Shown here: piece after piece, positions 25,680 to 39,119 of the stretch
Numbering within the stretch: the first letter of the stretch is position 1
How the letters are laid out: each line of letters begins with the position of its first letter
Assembly (NCBI GenBank): GCA_030704615.1
Contig: CM060732.1
Location: 58,776,001 to 58,840,000 of the forward strand
Reading direction: 5' to 3'
Source of the DNA: Takakia lepidozioides
Lineage: Eukaryota > Plantae > Bryophyta
DNA length: 64,000 nucleotides
Made by a program: the position numbers and the translations under genes
The notes under the pieces: generated by a model
Told to the model about the DNA's origin: nothing
What the model saw: only the letters and a program-made list of their open reading frames with translations
The model's database searches: none

Positions 25680-27000
25680 AACGTTGGCCCATTGAGTGAA
25701 TTTGAATAGTCCCTGTATTAGTCCGGGACCTGTGAAACGGTATACTGAAGACGCTGCGGAAATGTCCAAACAAACGAAAATTATTAAGATGTGCATGCAT
25801 CCGTTGGCCCATCGAACGAATTTTATTTCATCTCATGTTACACTAGGACTCGTCTTATGGTATGTTGAACATACTAGCAAAGTTTGAAAGCAAACCAAAC
25901 TCATCTGGATGGGCAACCGTCCGTTGGGCCATTCAACGAATTTCGATTGATGGCATACTTGTCCGGGACCTGTGAAACAGTGTACCGAACATATTGGCAA
26001 AGTTTGAAAGGAAACAAAAATCATTCAGATGGCCAACCATCTGTTGTCCCATTGAATGAATTTCCTTTCATCTTGTATGACTCCGGGATCTGTTGGGTTG
26101 CGTTTCGTCTGCTCATGATTTTTTCTTTTGCTCCATTCTTGAACCACTGGCTTAGCGACAGCACATGCAGCCATCAAAAGTCATTTGGACCCAAAACCAC
26201 GATTTTGTGCCTCATTTGCACTCCAAAGTGGATTTGTCTTCAACATCATGCACTCTTCATAGAGAATTCAGCAATAGTGAGCGAAGACAACATTTTTATT
26301 TATTTATTTTTCATTTGTGTTTGGTCCTATTTTTTACAAGGATGCACAAGTGTGGGGGTAGAATACACAGAACAAAATTGACCTAGAAATAAAAAATCAT
26401 TGCGTAGAATAAACCTGCAATCGTAGACATTCTAAATCTAATTATTGAATTAAAATTCATTAAAATCGATTTAATTCAAAATTGGTTGAAGTGGACTGCG
26501 CCGTTGGGGAGACAAATGTTTGATACCAATGGTTTGCCCTTTTAATCACTTTCGATTTTTGCTATACTTGTCGAGGATCTAGCACATGGTATATTCAACA
26601 TGCTAGCAAAGTTTGGAAACAAACAAAAAATCATTTGGATGGGAAACCATTTGTTCGCCTTTTCAATCAATTTTGATTCACGCCATATTTGTCCAAAGTT
26701 TGAAAACAAGTAAAATACATTTGGATACACAACCATTTTGTTCGCCCTTTGAATCAATTTGGATTCATGCCATACTTGTCCAAGACTTGTCACATGATAT
26801 GTAGAACATACTAGCGAAGTTTGAAAACAAACCAAAATCATTTGGATGAGAAATTATTCGTTTGTCACTTGAACCCCATTGACCTCGTACTTGTCCAGGA
26901 CCTGTTGTATGGTATGTAGAACATGGATGATGGTATCAAAGTTTAAAAACAACATAAAATCATTTGGATGGGGAACGGTTTGTTCATCGTGGAAACAAAT
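25680..27000. repeat. ~120-bp tandem repeat array, interrupted by ~450 bp of unrelated sequence
   Basis: (C)GTTGGCCCATT recurs at 25682, 25802, 25922 and 26043; GTCCGGGACCTGTG and GCAAAGTTTG(A/G)AA(G/A)CAAAC..AATCATTTGGATG motifs recur again from 26565 to 26990. Confidence 0.75.
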
Positions 27001-27515
27001 CGCGATAGGCCCATGAGAGCTTCCCCACTGGTGACACACTATATGGGTACATCAATTGCCATTTATCAAGGCATGTACAGAGTCTGTTAGAAGATAGCGG
27101 GGCTGCAGGCGGAATGCTCCCCATGTCAAACTTCCCGCTCAACCTCCCGCTCGCCAAGCTCTCACGTGTGGGATGCTCGTTCATGCTCGCTTGACTCGAC
27201 GTGTGTTTGACTTTGTGTTGTGTGGGAGATAGCGGGCCCAAAAGAACACGTCAAGATTCAGGGCCCTCATGAAATTTGTCGTGTCCTCAACCTAAATAAG
27301 GGTTTTAGCATACCCCAGTGGGACTCTATTTTTGTGGTTTTTCTTATTGACACCATATTTTGCCGTTTTCGTGGCTAATAGCGGGCCTCAGTGGGGATGC
27401 TTTGAGTGCTCCAACAGAGCTGGGTGCAGAAGGCTCAGGCTTTAAATCCATTGTTTAGAGCGACGTCGTTGTTTTCCCATGGGTCGAGAGGTCAGGGGTT
27501 CAAACACGTTGTAAA

Positions 27516-27562
27516 CCCCCCCCCCCCCCCCCTCCCCCCTCCCCCTCCCCCCTCCCCCCTCC
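27516..27562. repeat. Poly-C / (CCCCCT)n tract
   Basis: A run of ~17 C followed by TCCCCC units. Confidence 0.9.
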
Positions 27563-27687
27563 TTCCGTGTCAACCTATATTTTGCGACAGGGACGCCGCG
27601 CCTTATGGCGAGGCCCCTCTCGACATGTGCATGGTTCAAGCCCCTACCCCTGCCCCTGATTTACTCATAGGCAAGATTAAGAATAAG

Positions 27688-28880
27688 CAGCGACCGCCAC
27701 TGTTGGCAGTCACTTCATTTTTTTAAATTAAGAATAAACAGCAACCGCCACAATTGGCGGTCGCTTTATGTTTTTTTCTAAAAATTACCGCCAATGTGGC
27801 GATCTCTTTATTTTCTTTTTTCTAAAAATATGATGTGACCGCCAATATGGCGGTCGCTTCATAATTTAATTTTTTTAAAAACAACCGCCAATTTTGCAGC
27901 TTAATTTTTCTCTTAAAAAAAACAACGACTGCCAATTTGGTGGCCGCATTCTTTTCTTTAAATAATATGAAGTGACCGCTATATTGGCAGTCGCTTAATT
28001 TTTAAAAATAAAACAAAGAAGTCACCGCCACTTTGGGGTCGCTTAATTTTTTTAAATAAAAAAATAACGACCACCAATTTGGTGGTCGCTTCATTTTTTA
28101 AAAGTATGACGCCTCCCAAAAGGAGCGTAACATATGGTGTCTCTTCACCACAAGGGCTACTCCCTTCATTTTTTAAAATAAAAAAACAGCGACCGCCACT
28201 TTTGGCGGTCGCTTCATTTCAAAATCGACAGCCAATTTCCCGGTGGCTTAATTGTTTTAAGAGAAAAAGCAGTGACTGCCAATTTGGTGGTCACTTTATT
28301 TTATTTTTTCTTGAAATTTCAAGTGATTGCCAAAAAAAATCAGCGACCGCCAGTTTGGCGGTCGCTTAAGTTTTTTAACTTGAAAAACCCAATGACTGCC
28401 AGTTTGGCGGTTGCTTAATGATTTTAAATTAAAAAACCTTTAAAAAAATTAAAAAAACCAGCAACCGCCAGTTTGGAGGTCGTTTTGTTTTTCCTTTCTC
28501 TCTCCCCTTAAAATACGAGTAATAAATAAATAAAAAGCTGCGAGCTACCAATTTTGCGGTTGAAGGCAGTCATGTTTTGTTTTTTAAATTTAAATTTTAA
28601 GCGACCACCAATTTGCGGTCGCTTCTCTTTATTTAAAATAAAAACAATCAACGACTGCCAATCTTGCAGTTGCTTCATTTTTTTAAAATAAAAAATAGCT
28701 ACGACTGCCCATTTGGCGCTCGCTTCATTTCTTTAAAAAGGAAAAACAAACGGCGGCCGCTTAGTGGACATGCGCATCTTTTTTTTTAAATTAAAAAAAC
28801 TGCGACTGCCAATTTGGCGGTCGTTTTTTTTTTTTTTTTTTTTTAAAGAATTGTATCGACCATCAATATTGGCGGTCGCG
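27688..28880. repeat. Array of ~20-25 short palindromic (hairpin) repeats with AT-rich spacers
   Basis: Consensus GCGACCGCCA-N(4-5)-TGGCGGTCGC at ~45-50 bp spacing (e.g. 27690, 27835, 28189, 28342, 28802); spacers are T-runs followed by A-runs. Confidence 0.9.
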
Positions 28881-30419
28881 CATTATCAAAATAATTTTAA
28901 CAAATTTAAACGCTATCCATGTGTTTTACACCGTGGCTGCCATGTCATTAAAAATGGTAGAAGTAGATCGTAAAAATTAAACGTAAAAAAAAATACATGG
29001 ATAAACGTTCGGATTGGACGTGACGTGACCTGTCAGCGCCACGTCACGTGAGGAATGATAACTAGGTTTCCGCCATTTGAAGGCTGTAGACGAGGGCGGT
29101 AGCTCGAGCCCCACGTCCCGAAAATATGGGAAGGCCCCACCCGTAGGCCTTTCTCCAGCGTAAATAACTGCCCGAATTCTGCAAAATGTAGCCTGACACA
29201 TGGGAGGAACCATGTGCTAAAGGGAGCTAATGTGTCTAATGGCGTGGAAGGTTTTGGAAGCCACAAGACTTCCAGGCACTTCCGGCTGGAAGTGTCTCGT
29301 AGCTCTGAAAGATTTTATCGGGACGTGAATTGCAAGGGCCCATCATCGGCTTCTTTCTTCCCGATCTTCTTTCGCTTGTTGCAACGAAGATCTAGACCGT
29401 TGACATAATTTTTACCAACTTCCAGTCATGTGTTTGCTGCAACATCCACCCTTGTATATGTGTCAATTTACATTGGAAAAGTGGGTGGAAGAATGGGTGT
29501 CAGACTACCACTTCCACTGTCGCTCGTGAGAAATTGCCTTAAGGCTCCTGCTGCGAAAAATAGTAATCTTACAAAAGCCTAAGATCATTATTTTCAAGGC
29601 ATCGTCAGATTGGAAATTGCGTCATGTAAGGCGACTAATTATACACATAATTCGGGTAGTTCTTTACGGCTCTCTTACATCTTTTTCCCTTTTAGGGAAA
29701 CGTCCATGTGGGGGTGTAATGGGCAGGACATGTCTATTCCAGGGCATTATGGGCAGGAATGCCCATTGTATCCATGGCATTGAACTCTCATTAGCTACAC
29801 CTTGGGTCCCTGTCAACGTCACCATTGTCATGCCCACTACCTATGTCCAAGGCATCGCGGACACAACCATTCTCCTCTAGGAACCTCCTTAAGTGGTGGT
29901 GTCAAGCATCCCATGTGTCACCGCATTTATCACACACCAGCATGGTTGCGGTACCACCAACATGCCCACATAATATACAACGCAACCCTGCAAGTACCAC
30001 TACAAGGTTGGGATCTATCCACATGTGGAAGGTGACATAGTGCACAATTACGCACATGGTCATTCCATATCATGCTATCTTGATCATCTAGAATCAACAC
30101 TCTCGAAGGCAACACCTCCCATACCCGTAGAATCACACGCCTTGCTGTGACATCCAAGGTCGTGCAATCCATAATATGTTATTTATCATTCATTTTGTTT
30201 CCCCCACGAAATAATCACACAGTTAATTCAACAATTTAATGTAGTAAACCACACCATGGGTTTCGCCAGTGAAATAAATCAAGAATCTAAATTTTCCAGG
30301 ATTGTATTAAAGAAAAAATTGGATGTCACTTGATGTCATGTTGATTTCTTTTGCTAACGAAATTTATGCAATTGTTGCAGTAGGTTATTATCCAACAACC
30401 TCACATGTAATAAAAATAC

Positions 30420-30940
30420 AACAACGCTAGCCTAGTGGTCCCAATTATTATTTTTTAATTTAGTAAAATATTTTAGGACCGCCAGCTAACCACAAGCGCT
30501 GGCTTGGCGGTCACAATAATTTATTTTATTTAAAAACATAATTTGGAATCATCACAATGGTGGTTTGTGATGATTCCAAGTTATTTTTGTTTAAACAAAA
30601 AACTCAGGACCGCCAGAAAATCGTCAGCCAACCACAAGCACTAGCCTCGGAGTCCCGATTTTGTTTTTTTTTATAACTCGAAACCGCCACAATGGCCGTC
30701 CGAAATAAATTTTATTGTATTAAAAATAAATCGTGACCGTCAGGGGACCGCCAGCCAACCAGAAGCGTTGGCCTAGCAGTCCCAATTGTTTTTCAAAATT
30801 TTCATATAATTCAGGACCGCCACAATGGGAGTCCGAAATATATATATATATATAATCGGCATCGCCAGCCAATAACAAGCGCAGACGGTCCCGATTTTGT
30901 TAAAAATAATAATTAGGGATCGCCACAATGACAGTCCAAA
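30420..30940. repeat. Second hairpin-type repeat cluster (GGACCGCCAGCTAACCACAAGCGCTGGCTTGGCGGTC family)
   Basis: Copies at ~30477, 30607, 30745 and 30860; a further copy at 33516-33552. Confidence 0.75.
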
Positions 30941-33900
30941 TTAATTATTATTATTATTATTAAGCAACGAGACCACCGATGGACCTGTTGCCACCTTGCT
31001 GTCGCATTGACCAACATCCCGGTTTTTCTGAGGCATTATGAACGGATGCACATCATCCATGCTTTGATAGACCAAATAGCTGTATGTATGAAAGAGTTTA
31101 TCAGTCACACCCACCAAAGTCTGGTGCCCTTGAATCTGATTCGGTTCTCTTATTGCATTTGAGGTTTCAACAGTGTTACCAATGTCCACATCCTCCACAT
31201 AAATGGTTTGCAATTCAGATGAGATATGTCTTATAAGTGTCTCTAAGAAAAGGCTGACATCATAAATCACTTCCACAGATATCCTAACATTCATCAACGT
31301 TTATGCTGCTAAGTCAATACTCATATCTAGTTGAATGAAGCTGGGCACGTCCACAACGTGATGTTTTCCATCCACGGAAAGCTTCTCAATTACAGCATTC
31401 GGCCCAAAATTCTAAAAGATGTGGCTGATTCTTCTGTGTGCACAATTCCTTAGGAATTTTTCAAGTTTTTTTTTTCTCGTCCAACTTTCTACGGTTATCG
31501 CACATTAAAAAAAAAAACCATCTATTTGAACTTCCTACTATCGACCTTGACGAGTGAATGACGTTGGCTACGGCAAATTGTGTGTAAGCACCAAAACATT
31601 CTGAAGGTTATTCTTCCAATACGAACTCGACTGATGATATGATTCTAATACTACATTTTTTAGCATCTCGACTTTCTTACATAGTGCAAGATACTGCATC
31701 AATTGTTGTGATTTTTGTATAGGTTTTGTGGTGCATTAAATGGATCATCCAGCACTTGTTTCCGACTATATATATATATATATAGGATCTGGGATAAGAT
31801 ATTGGATGGGAACGTAGTACCCAGTGCGCAGGGTGAATATATGAATGATTGGACTAAAATGGACGTTACCGGCACAATTTTAGATGCCTGCAATTGATGG
31901 TGTCATCAATTTTATTAACTCATTAAACCAGAAATACGCACCAATAACAACTCTCCAATCATGAATCCGATAAGAAATGACAATATTATGGACTTTTGAA
32001 GACCATACAGGGACTTGTTTCCGTAGTAAATGGAATCACAATGGACTCAAGAAGTCATATGTGCCATTGGTCAATTCCATTGAAATTTGGACATAAGGTG
32101 GTCATTTTGGTCCACACCATGGATATGGATTTGAAGTGGCAAAATCCCCCTCTAATATATGTCCCAAAAAAATGATTTATTTTGTCAAGTCCATGGTGTA
32201 CTTTGATTTTGATTTTGAGGTGTCATATTTTACTACAAATGATACAAAAATATAATCTACAATGGCTTGGTTGTATATAGACAAATTGATGTAAACTCTA
32301 ATTTTTGATATATCAAATCATATTCAAATTAAAGACTAAAATTTCTAGTAAAAATTATCTTTGATGTTTACTCTTTACTAAAAATGTTGAATATACCATG
32401 TTTATCATCATTTGAATTATTTGGGGAAATATCGTCAACTTTAAATTTGGTCATGGACTTCCATGGAATGCAACATCTACTGTTTTTGGCGCAATCATTC
32501 ATGCATTCACCCCGCATGGTTTCAAGTCCACGAGACTCTATATTTCCAAGAGCATAGAAACCATCCAACAGAATGTGCTCGAAGTCCAAGTTGTTTCTAC
32601 TCCTAAACAAATTGTTTGCACTTGTCACGTCCTGATAGCAAGAGAATACATCTACTCTCTCAATAATATAGTTCACTGTTAATGTTACGATTTTCTGTGC
32701 AAAATATAAGACATTGAGTGAGAATATAAATACCATCAGGTCACCCCCGCTTGAGGCGCCCAAGGTTTGACACAAGAACTTCTTTCTTCCAAATTCCCGA
32801 CATCTTCCCCTAAATGAACTCGAAGTAGTACAAGTGAGACTGTTGACGGACCAACAAACGTGTTTTTGGATAATACTGCTTGCAATGTCGAATAATGGTG
32901 ATCCAACTTGACGAACTATACTCATGGATGCGTATGATTTGATGACAAGGGTAATAGTCATCGTATTCAGAATAGGGATAAACGTAATATTTTCTCATCT
33001 TGTCACTTGACCAATTAAAGTTGGCTTACCAACGATTCATAGGAATAGGATGGAATATAATATCCTGCAAAGCATCACATCAAACAATATGGAGTCATGA
33101 TTTAGTTGCAAAATTAGAAGATATTGAGGTGGTTCGTCCATACCAAGCAATCTTTCATGTGTGCAGCACACGTGGCCGCCACCTCGACAATGGAATAAAG
33201 GGGATTGCGTGAAAGTGAGGAAAAAAATTACTCGAAGTAACTTTGGTTTTGGACATAACGTTGACGTGTTTGTGTCACGCATAAGTGACAACTAGGGCAA
33301 AAACTTACACGTGGCCTCAAATGACATAGAAAACTCGACGATATGAAAAAATGAGTCACATATCGTAGCCCAATGCCGATCAAGAAATCCTCAAGTTTTT
33401 TTTCAATTAATATTTTTATACATAAAAAACCACCCCATAACATATATCGTCAGCCAATTGTGAACGTTAGCCTGGTGCTCCCAATTATTATTTTTTAATT
33501 TATTAAAATCATTCAGGACCGTCAGCTAACCACAAACGCTGGCTTGACGGTCGTGTAGTGCTAAAAAGAGTGCTCTGAAATGTATTCACAGATTCCAACA
33601 TTCACTACTAGAGAAACCGGTTTTTTTAACGGCTCTTCTCACACATTTTGGTGTGAAAAGAGCCCGAGTTCACACCCCCCCCCTGGTGTTAGGTTAACCC
33701 AGTCCTTTGCACCACATGTGAACTTTCTTGGTCATGTGAAAAAAACCATCTCACACCAAACTCACACCTTATGTGGCAGTAGGTTTAGGTGGCTCTTTTG
33801 ACGGATATTTTGACGGCCGTTTTTACTGGTCAGTTCAACTAGTATTTTGACTAAGTAATCTTAATGGTCTTTCTACGGTACTTATTACACCTCGTTGCCA

Positions 33901-34592
33901 CCATGTCTGCCACATGTATGTCAAAGGGAATGCCACGTAATAGAGTCCATCAGAATTATTAAATAAATAATAGATATTAAGGGCTCTTATTACGGCTTCT
34001 CTCACACAGATTTAACACCAGGTTCAAATTGTGGTGTGAACGCAATGACACTAGTGTGAATACTGTCACATCCACTGTTATGTTCCTATTGGACGAAAAG
34101 TAAACAATTATTATTTATTGACAAATGCTAAAATAAGTAGTCATATTAGTATTGTTGTTGTTGTTGTTGTTGTATAGATATTCTTATAATAAATGGGATA
34201 GCACCCCAAAAGCCATTGGCTGCTTGATTTAATATTTAATATATTATTATTTTAGAAATTTTTTTTGTTTTGTTTCATTTAAACAAAAGCTTATTTAAAA
34301 CAGGGGATAATATTTGTATTATTAACCACATTGACCAGTAGTAATGTTATTAATATTAAATATAGCAAACAACTAGTAAAATACCACATTCATGTCTATC
34401 ACAAGGAAAATTTGGGTTGATGTGGGAAAATGAACTTGCCCTTGAACAAGGGGATCTTGTGATCATACATGAGAATAGCAAGAGCATCAATTCAAAAAAT
34501 ACGGTTCACATGAGAAGAGCTGTTTTGTTCACCTGTCTCAGCAACCCTCAATCCATAAAGAAAACTAAACTAAACTTGTAGCACCTTCAATA

Positions 34593-35860
34593 TCACGCGT
34601 GTTTAAGAAACTTTTCAGACCATAAGGTGGAACTTCCCTGCGTATCACCCAATGTGGTATGATTAGGGGTAACAGAGTAGTCCGGGTACAGCAACACAAC
34701 CTCTGAAATCATGACCAATTTCACATGGATACAATAATAATTGTCCAACACATTTGCTTTCGGAAAGCCAGCAATATATCCTACACCTGCCCTTTTTTTG
34801 TGTGCACAAGGATCGAACAATAACACCTTGTCGCCGATCTGAAACTGCAACAAAAACCAGATTCCCATATCAATCGAACCCTGGAGAACAGAGACTGACA
34901 GCTTGGCACTCCTGCAAAATGGCATTGAAGTTCTTCCAGCAAACACCCCAACCCTACCTATTGCAATACTTCCAATTCTGAATTGCATTTGCTTGTCTCT
35001 ATACTCTAAGCTGACATGATCAAAGCTGGAACGGTGCCATACCTAGTTGATAGCAGGTTATGCATGGTCAGCATGGATGTGGTAGGACGATGTCACAAAA
35101 CTACCTTTGTAGGTTGCTGGGCCTGCAGCTATGTGGTGATACATAGGGGGTGTATTGATCCAACATCAGACAAAGAAAAAAAATTGCACAAGGGAAGTAC
35201 TTACACTGTGTGGATTTTGTTGGTCACCCTGTGGGTCAGTCAGATCCACTGTGGTTGTAGTCTGATTGATAGCACATATTGTACTCTCCCTGCCCATTGA
35301 ACGCTTCACTGGTTTCACCATCTGTATATTGAATGACACAATGATCAAAAAATTAGAATAGCACGAATGACACACAATGTGAAGTAGCATTAACAATAAA
35401 AATCCACCCACACGCCCAAGCATTGAAACTTTTGCTCTCACCTTTCTTTGACTATGCTTTGTTGTTGCATCGGGAGGCAAAGTCGTTGGAACTCTGGCAG
35501 CAGGAAGCCCTGGTTCGGATGCCTTTGCAAATTGTTGTGATCCACTACCCATGGCTGCGCTCTTGAACAAGTAGTTGGGCTGCCCATATCTGTATGGGTG
35601 CCCTGACACATACTCAGGGATGTGTACAGCCTTGGATACACCCTCTAACCAAGACAATAATTCTTTCATAAGCCTCTTGCAGTTTGGCTGATCCCTCGAC
35701 TTCCATGAATACGGGAAGATGCAATTATTTGCTAGGACTTAGCCTGTTTGACAGGGTGATCCTGCTTCCAAGACGTCGGGAGCTTAAGGGATGCCAAACT
35801 CACCCCGAACAACCACATTGGCTGTTTTGGAGCATGCTGACATGCACTCCGTAAGCACCC
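34593..35860 (-). pseudogene. CACTA TnpA/TNP1-like remnant
   Basis: C-terminal segment IGDKVLL...VKLVMISEVVLLYPD...TTLGDTQGSSTLW resembles the Tnp1/En/Spm-like domain; upstream exon-like pieces (WKSRDQPNCKRLMKEL) contain stops. Confidence 0.55.
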
Positions 35861-36953
35861 CACTTGAATGGATTCTAGAGACTTTGCAATAGAGACTGAG
35901 AGATAGATGTACTCGTGAGACCAACTTAGTACCCATTGTAGTCGGTGTAGAAATGAAGTGGTACTTCAGCTTTAACATCCGTAGAAAGCTGAAAGAGCTC
36001 ATGGGGCAAGAGAAAAGAACAAGAAAATGCGATGGGCCCTCCACAAGCAGCCCAAAAGCAACTATTGTTCAAGGGTTTGTCTAAAGAGCCATGTTGAGAT
36101 GACAAGGTGAGTTCCATACACATCATAAGGGAATCTACCTTATATATTAAGCTGCAGTATACTAGAAAGCATGAGGTTGATTTCAGCACTGCTCTGGTGT
36201 TTGAACTCGTCGCACATGTGGCTGTAGTGGCCCTGCCAGTAAAACACCAGGCAGAAATGGCGAAACAACTCTCTCTATATATCTCTCTGTCACTCTCTCT
36301 AGACAAATAGCTACGGGCAAACATCTTAAATGAGTACATTCTAAGACCATTATAAACTGTCTTTGAAAAAGTTAAACCAAAAGGAGATGATCTTACATCC
36401 ACAGGAAGAGAGGGGGAGAGAAAATATGTAAAGAAAAAGAAGCAATTGATTACGTCCCAAGGAGGCCCAGAGGAAGTAGAACCAACAAAAACACAACTTG
36501 TTCAAAGTTGCTCTGATACGGGAGTGCATCATGCAGACACGCTGTTAACCACTTCAGGAGCTCGTAGCATCCATATAAAATAAATTTATTCTGTGGCCTG
36601 ATGGCCTAAGAGTAAATGTACTCAAAAGAGTAATATGCTTTGGCAGTGCACAGATCTAGCAATGACTTTTCTCCTGGGTTGCATGTTGATTTCAGTATGG
36701 AACTATCACAACTCCTAAACAAGACCATCTCCTCATTCTGACCTTGATCTTTACTTCAGTTACATCAAGTACAAAAGTGACATCAGGAGGCAAGTAGAGA
36801 GTGACAGTCAAGAGAATAAAACTGGGTCACATAATGGATCACACATGATACAAAATGATAGACCTAAGGAGAAACAAAATGTATGAGATATTCAAGATGA
36901 GCACTGGGGCTGGCTCCAGGGAAGAGGAGTCGTCCTGGCACAGAGTTTGGCAG

Positions 36954-37069
36954 ATGTGAAACGGGCCATTGAGGGGTATCCTGGTTCGAATTTGCTGGCA
37001 CAAAAGTACCTGACCAAGCCAATGCTGATAAATGGTTACAAGTTTGACCTGCGCATTTATGTACTTATT
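36954..37069 (+). pseudogene. Captured exon fragment of a tubulin-tyrosine ligase-like (TTLL) gene
   Basis: After an AG acceptor: VKRAIEGYPGSNLLAQKYLTKPMLINGYKFDLRIYVLI, the QxYxxxPxLxxGxKFDLRxYV signature of the TTL/TTLL family. It ends abruptly. Confidence 0.8.
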
Positions 37070-37705
37070 CCATGGAGACAGAACTTTGGTGCAGATCGCA
37101 AACTTGCTGATGGGTTGGGGAGTTTGCAGGGTGTTTTGTGTGCTTTGTCTTTGCTGGGGCTTCTTTCGTCGTTTCCATCTCTGACTCCAAGCTGGTCTCA
37201 TTCAAGTCTTCATTCGGCATAATCTTGGTCTCGCTGCAGTTCTTGCTCTCGTGCCTCCTCTGAGTCTGACTCCACTTGAACTTGCGCTTCCTCCTCTTGC
37301 TCTACCTCTTTCTCCCGTTGTGACATTGCAGAGTGCAGGAGTTGAACTCTGTGACTTCGGCGAGGAGGACCTGTGTGTTTGAGGATTTCCTCAACGAGCG
37401 TTTAGGGCGACTCAAGCTCTCTTCGACGCTGCAAAGAAGAAGAAAGACAAAGTCAGCAGCTGCAAAACCCTAGTTACATATCCTCTCTGTAGGTTTGGAG
37501 CTTTTAATGCGGTCTCATGGCTAGGGCTAGGTAGGGGATATGAAAAAAACAATGTCGTAGATCTTGAGCCACGTGAAGAATACCTTGTTCTCCGCTTGAC
37601 GCTTTGCTCGTTCTACCTCTCTCGTTGTAGGCTTGCGCCCTGGTGTAACTTTTGGACACTCTATTTGGGTCTCCATTTTCTGACAAGTCTCGTTCACTCG
37701 CCAAG

Positions 37706-38319
37706 ATGATCCCTCCTACTGCCCGTCGATTGCAAAGGCGGACACAAGCAGAACATGACGATGACAGACTGTGGAAACTAGAAGAAGCGCGAGCAAGAAG
37801 ACTGGGTCTTCGGAAAATTCTATGTCCATGCAATGCCTGTCATGGTGGGAACTGGCAAACCATTGGCCGGGCTAAGCGTCATCTGCTTCTGAACTTGCGA
37901 GATCCTAACTTACGAGAACTCCCGGTGCATCTCTCTGGATTCTCTTCCCTTTGCAGATGCATACTTTGAAATTATAAGAAACAGTTCAAATTCCTAGTCA
38001 GGTGGAGCAAGTTTTTTTCTCGGATGAAAAAAGTTCACGAGGGAACTGGAAGGTGGTCCTTCACAAGGACCCTCGATCCCGACGAGTGGTTCACGATATT
38101 ACAGAAGTGGCATTGGGTGAGGGAGACACTTATGTAGGCATGGTGCCTCCTGAAATTCCTCATAACATCATGACTGAGCCTGCTGTTTGTGTTCCTTTGA
38201 GTGAGACAGATGAATTGGCCATTGCCAACTTGAATGCACCTGCAAGGCAGAGGCGAAATGGTAGAAGGCGGAGGCAAGCTCCACATGGGAGGTACCAGGC
38301 TAGTTGTGCTATGGTCTAG
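37706..38319 (+). pseudogene. Internally deleted CACTA transposase (TnpD/TNP2) remnant
   Basis: The N-terminal transposase-associated motif KILCPCNAC...KRHLL sits next to the C-terminal DUF4216-like QVEQVFFSD...WKVVL...PR; the catalytic core is missing. Confidence 0.75.
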
Positions 38320-39119
38320 AGTTGGTTTCTGTTATTGCATGTATTTTTCCAGGGTTTAGACTTGATACAGCATGGTACCTTGCATGGGTGGGAGTGACTG
38401 AGCTGTTGGGGTAAGCAGAATTCTGACAAACACACTTTCATTTGTGACAGTGAACCCTAAACAGTCATGAAGCTGTGGCATGAATACTTTCTAACCCTAG
38501 TCAATGGTGGCCCAATTGTGGCAAAAATGTGAATGTCTGTTGGATTACAGAGAGTAGCAGATGCAATTGAGCATAGGAACTAGAGTGAGAAGTTGAGTTG
38601 GGTGTTTCCTAGAACAAATGTAGGCTGTTATTGTCAGCTGCTACCAGCAAGGCAAGGATGTATGCATGATTTGTGCAGAGGCATGGATAGCTGAAGGAGC
38701 AGGGATAGAGTGTGGGTCCAGATTCATCCAAGAGGGCCACATTTCAAGCACAACATTGCCTATGATTCCTTGTGGAAGGATAGCCTGCATGGGTAGATGG
38801 TCAACTGGAAGCCGCCGCAACAACGGCAAAATTGGTAAAATTAGGCGATGAGGGCACCTTCTTCAACACATTTCACCCTTTTTTTTCCCTCTTATCAGAA
38901 TCGGCCCTAAATTTCCATGTTGAATTCTGCGAGTTAGCTGGTTGAGTGAATCTTTGATAGATTGGATTGACTTTGACATGATACTGCCAATGTGACAACA
39001 GGATAGTATCCAAAAACAGGTACAAGAGATGAGGAGAAGGTGTGGAATGAATACTTTTCTGATCCCAGTCAATGGTGGGACAACCGAGGCAAAAAGGTGA
39101 ATGCCTGTCAGATTACCAG

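Noticed and set aside
27688-28880. CRISPR array
   Set aside because: Eukaryotic intron-containing context, degenerate repeats, low-complexity non-unique spacers, and no cas genes.
32368-32961. 197-aa minus-strand ORF as a real or viral gene
   Set aside because: No recognisable motif and the flanking frames are broken; left as unidentified cargo.
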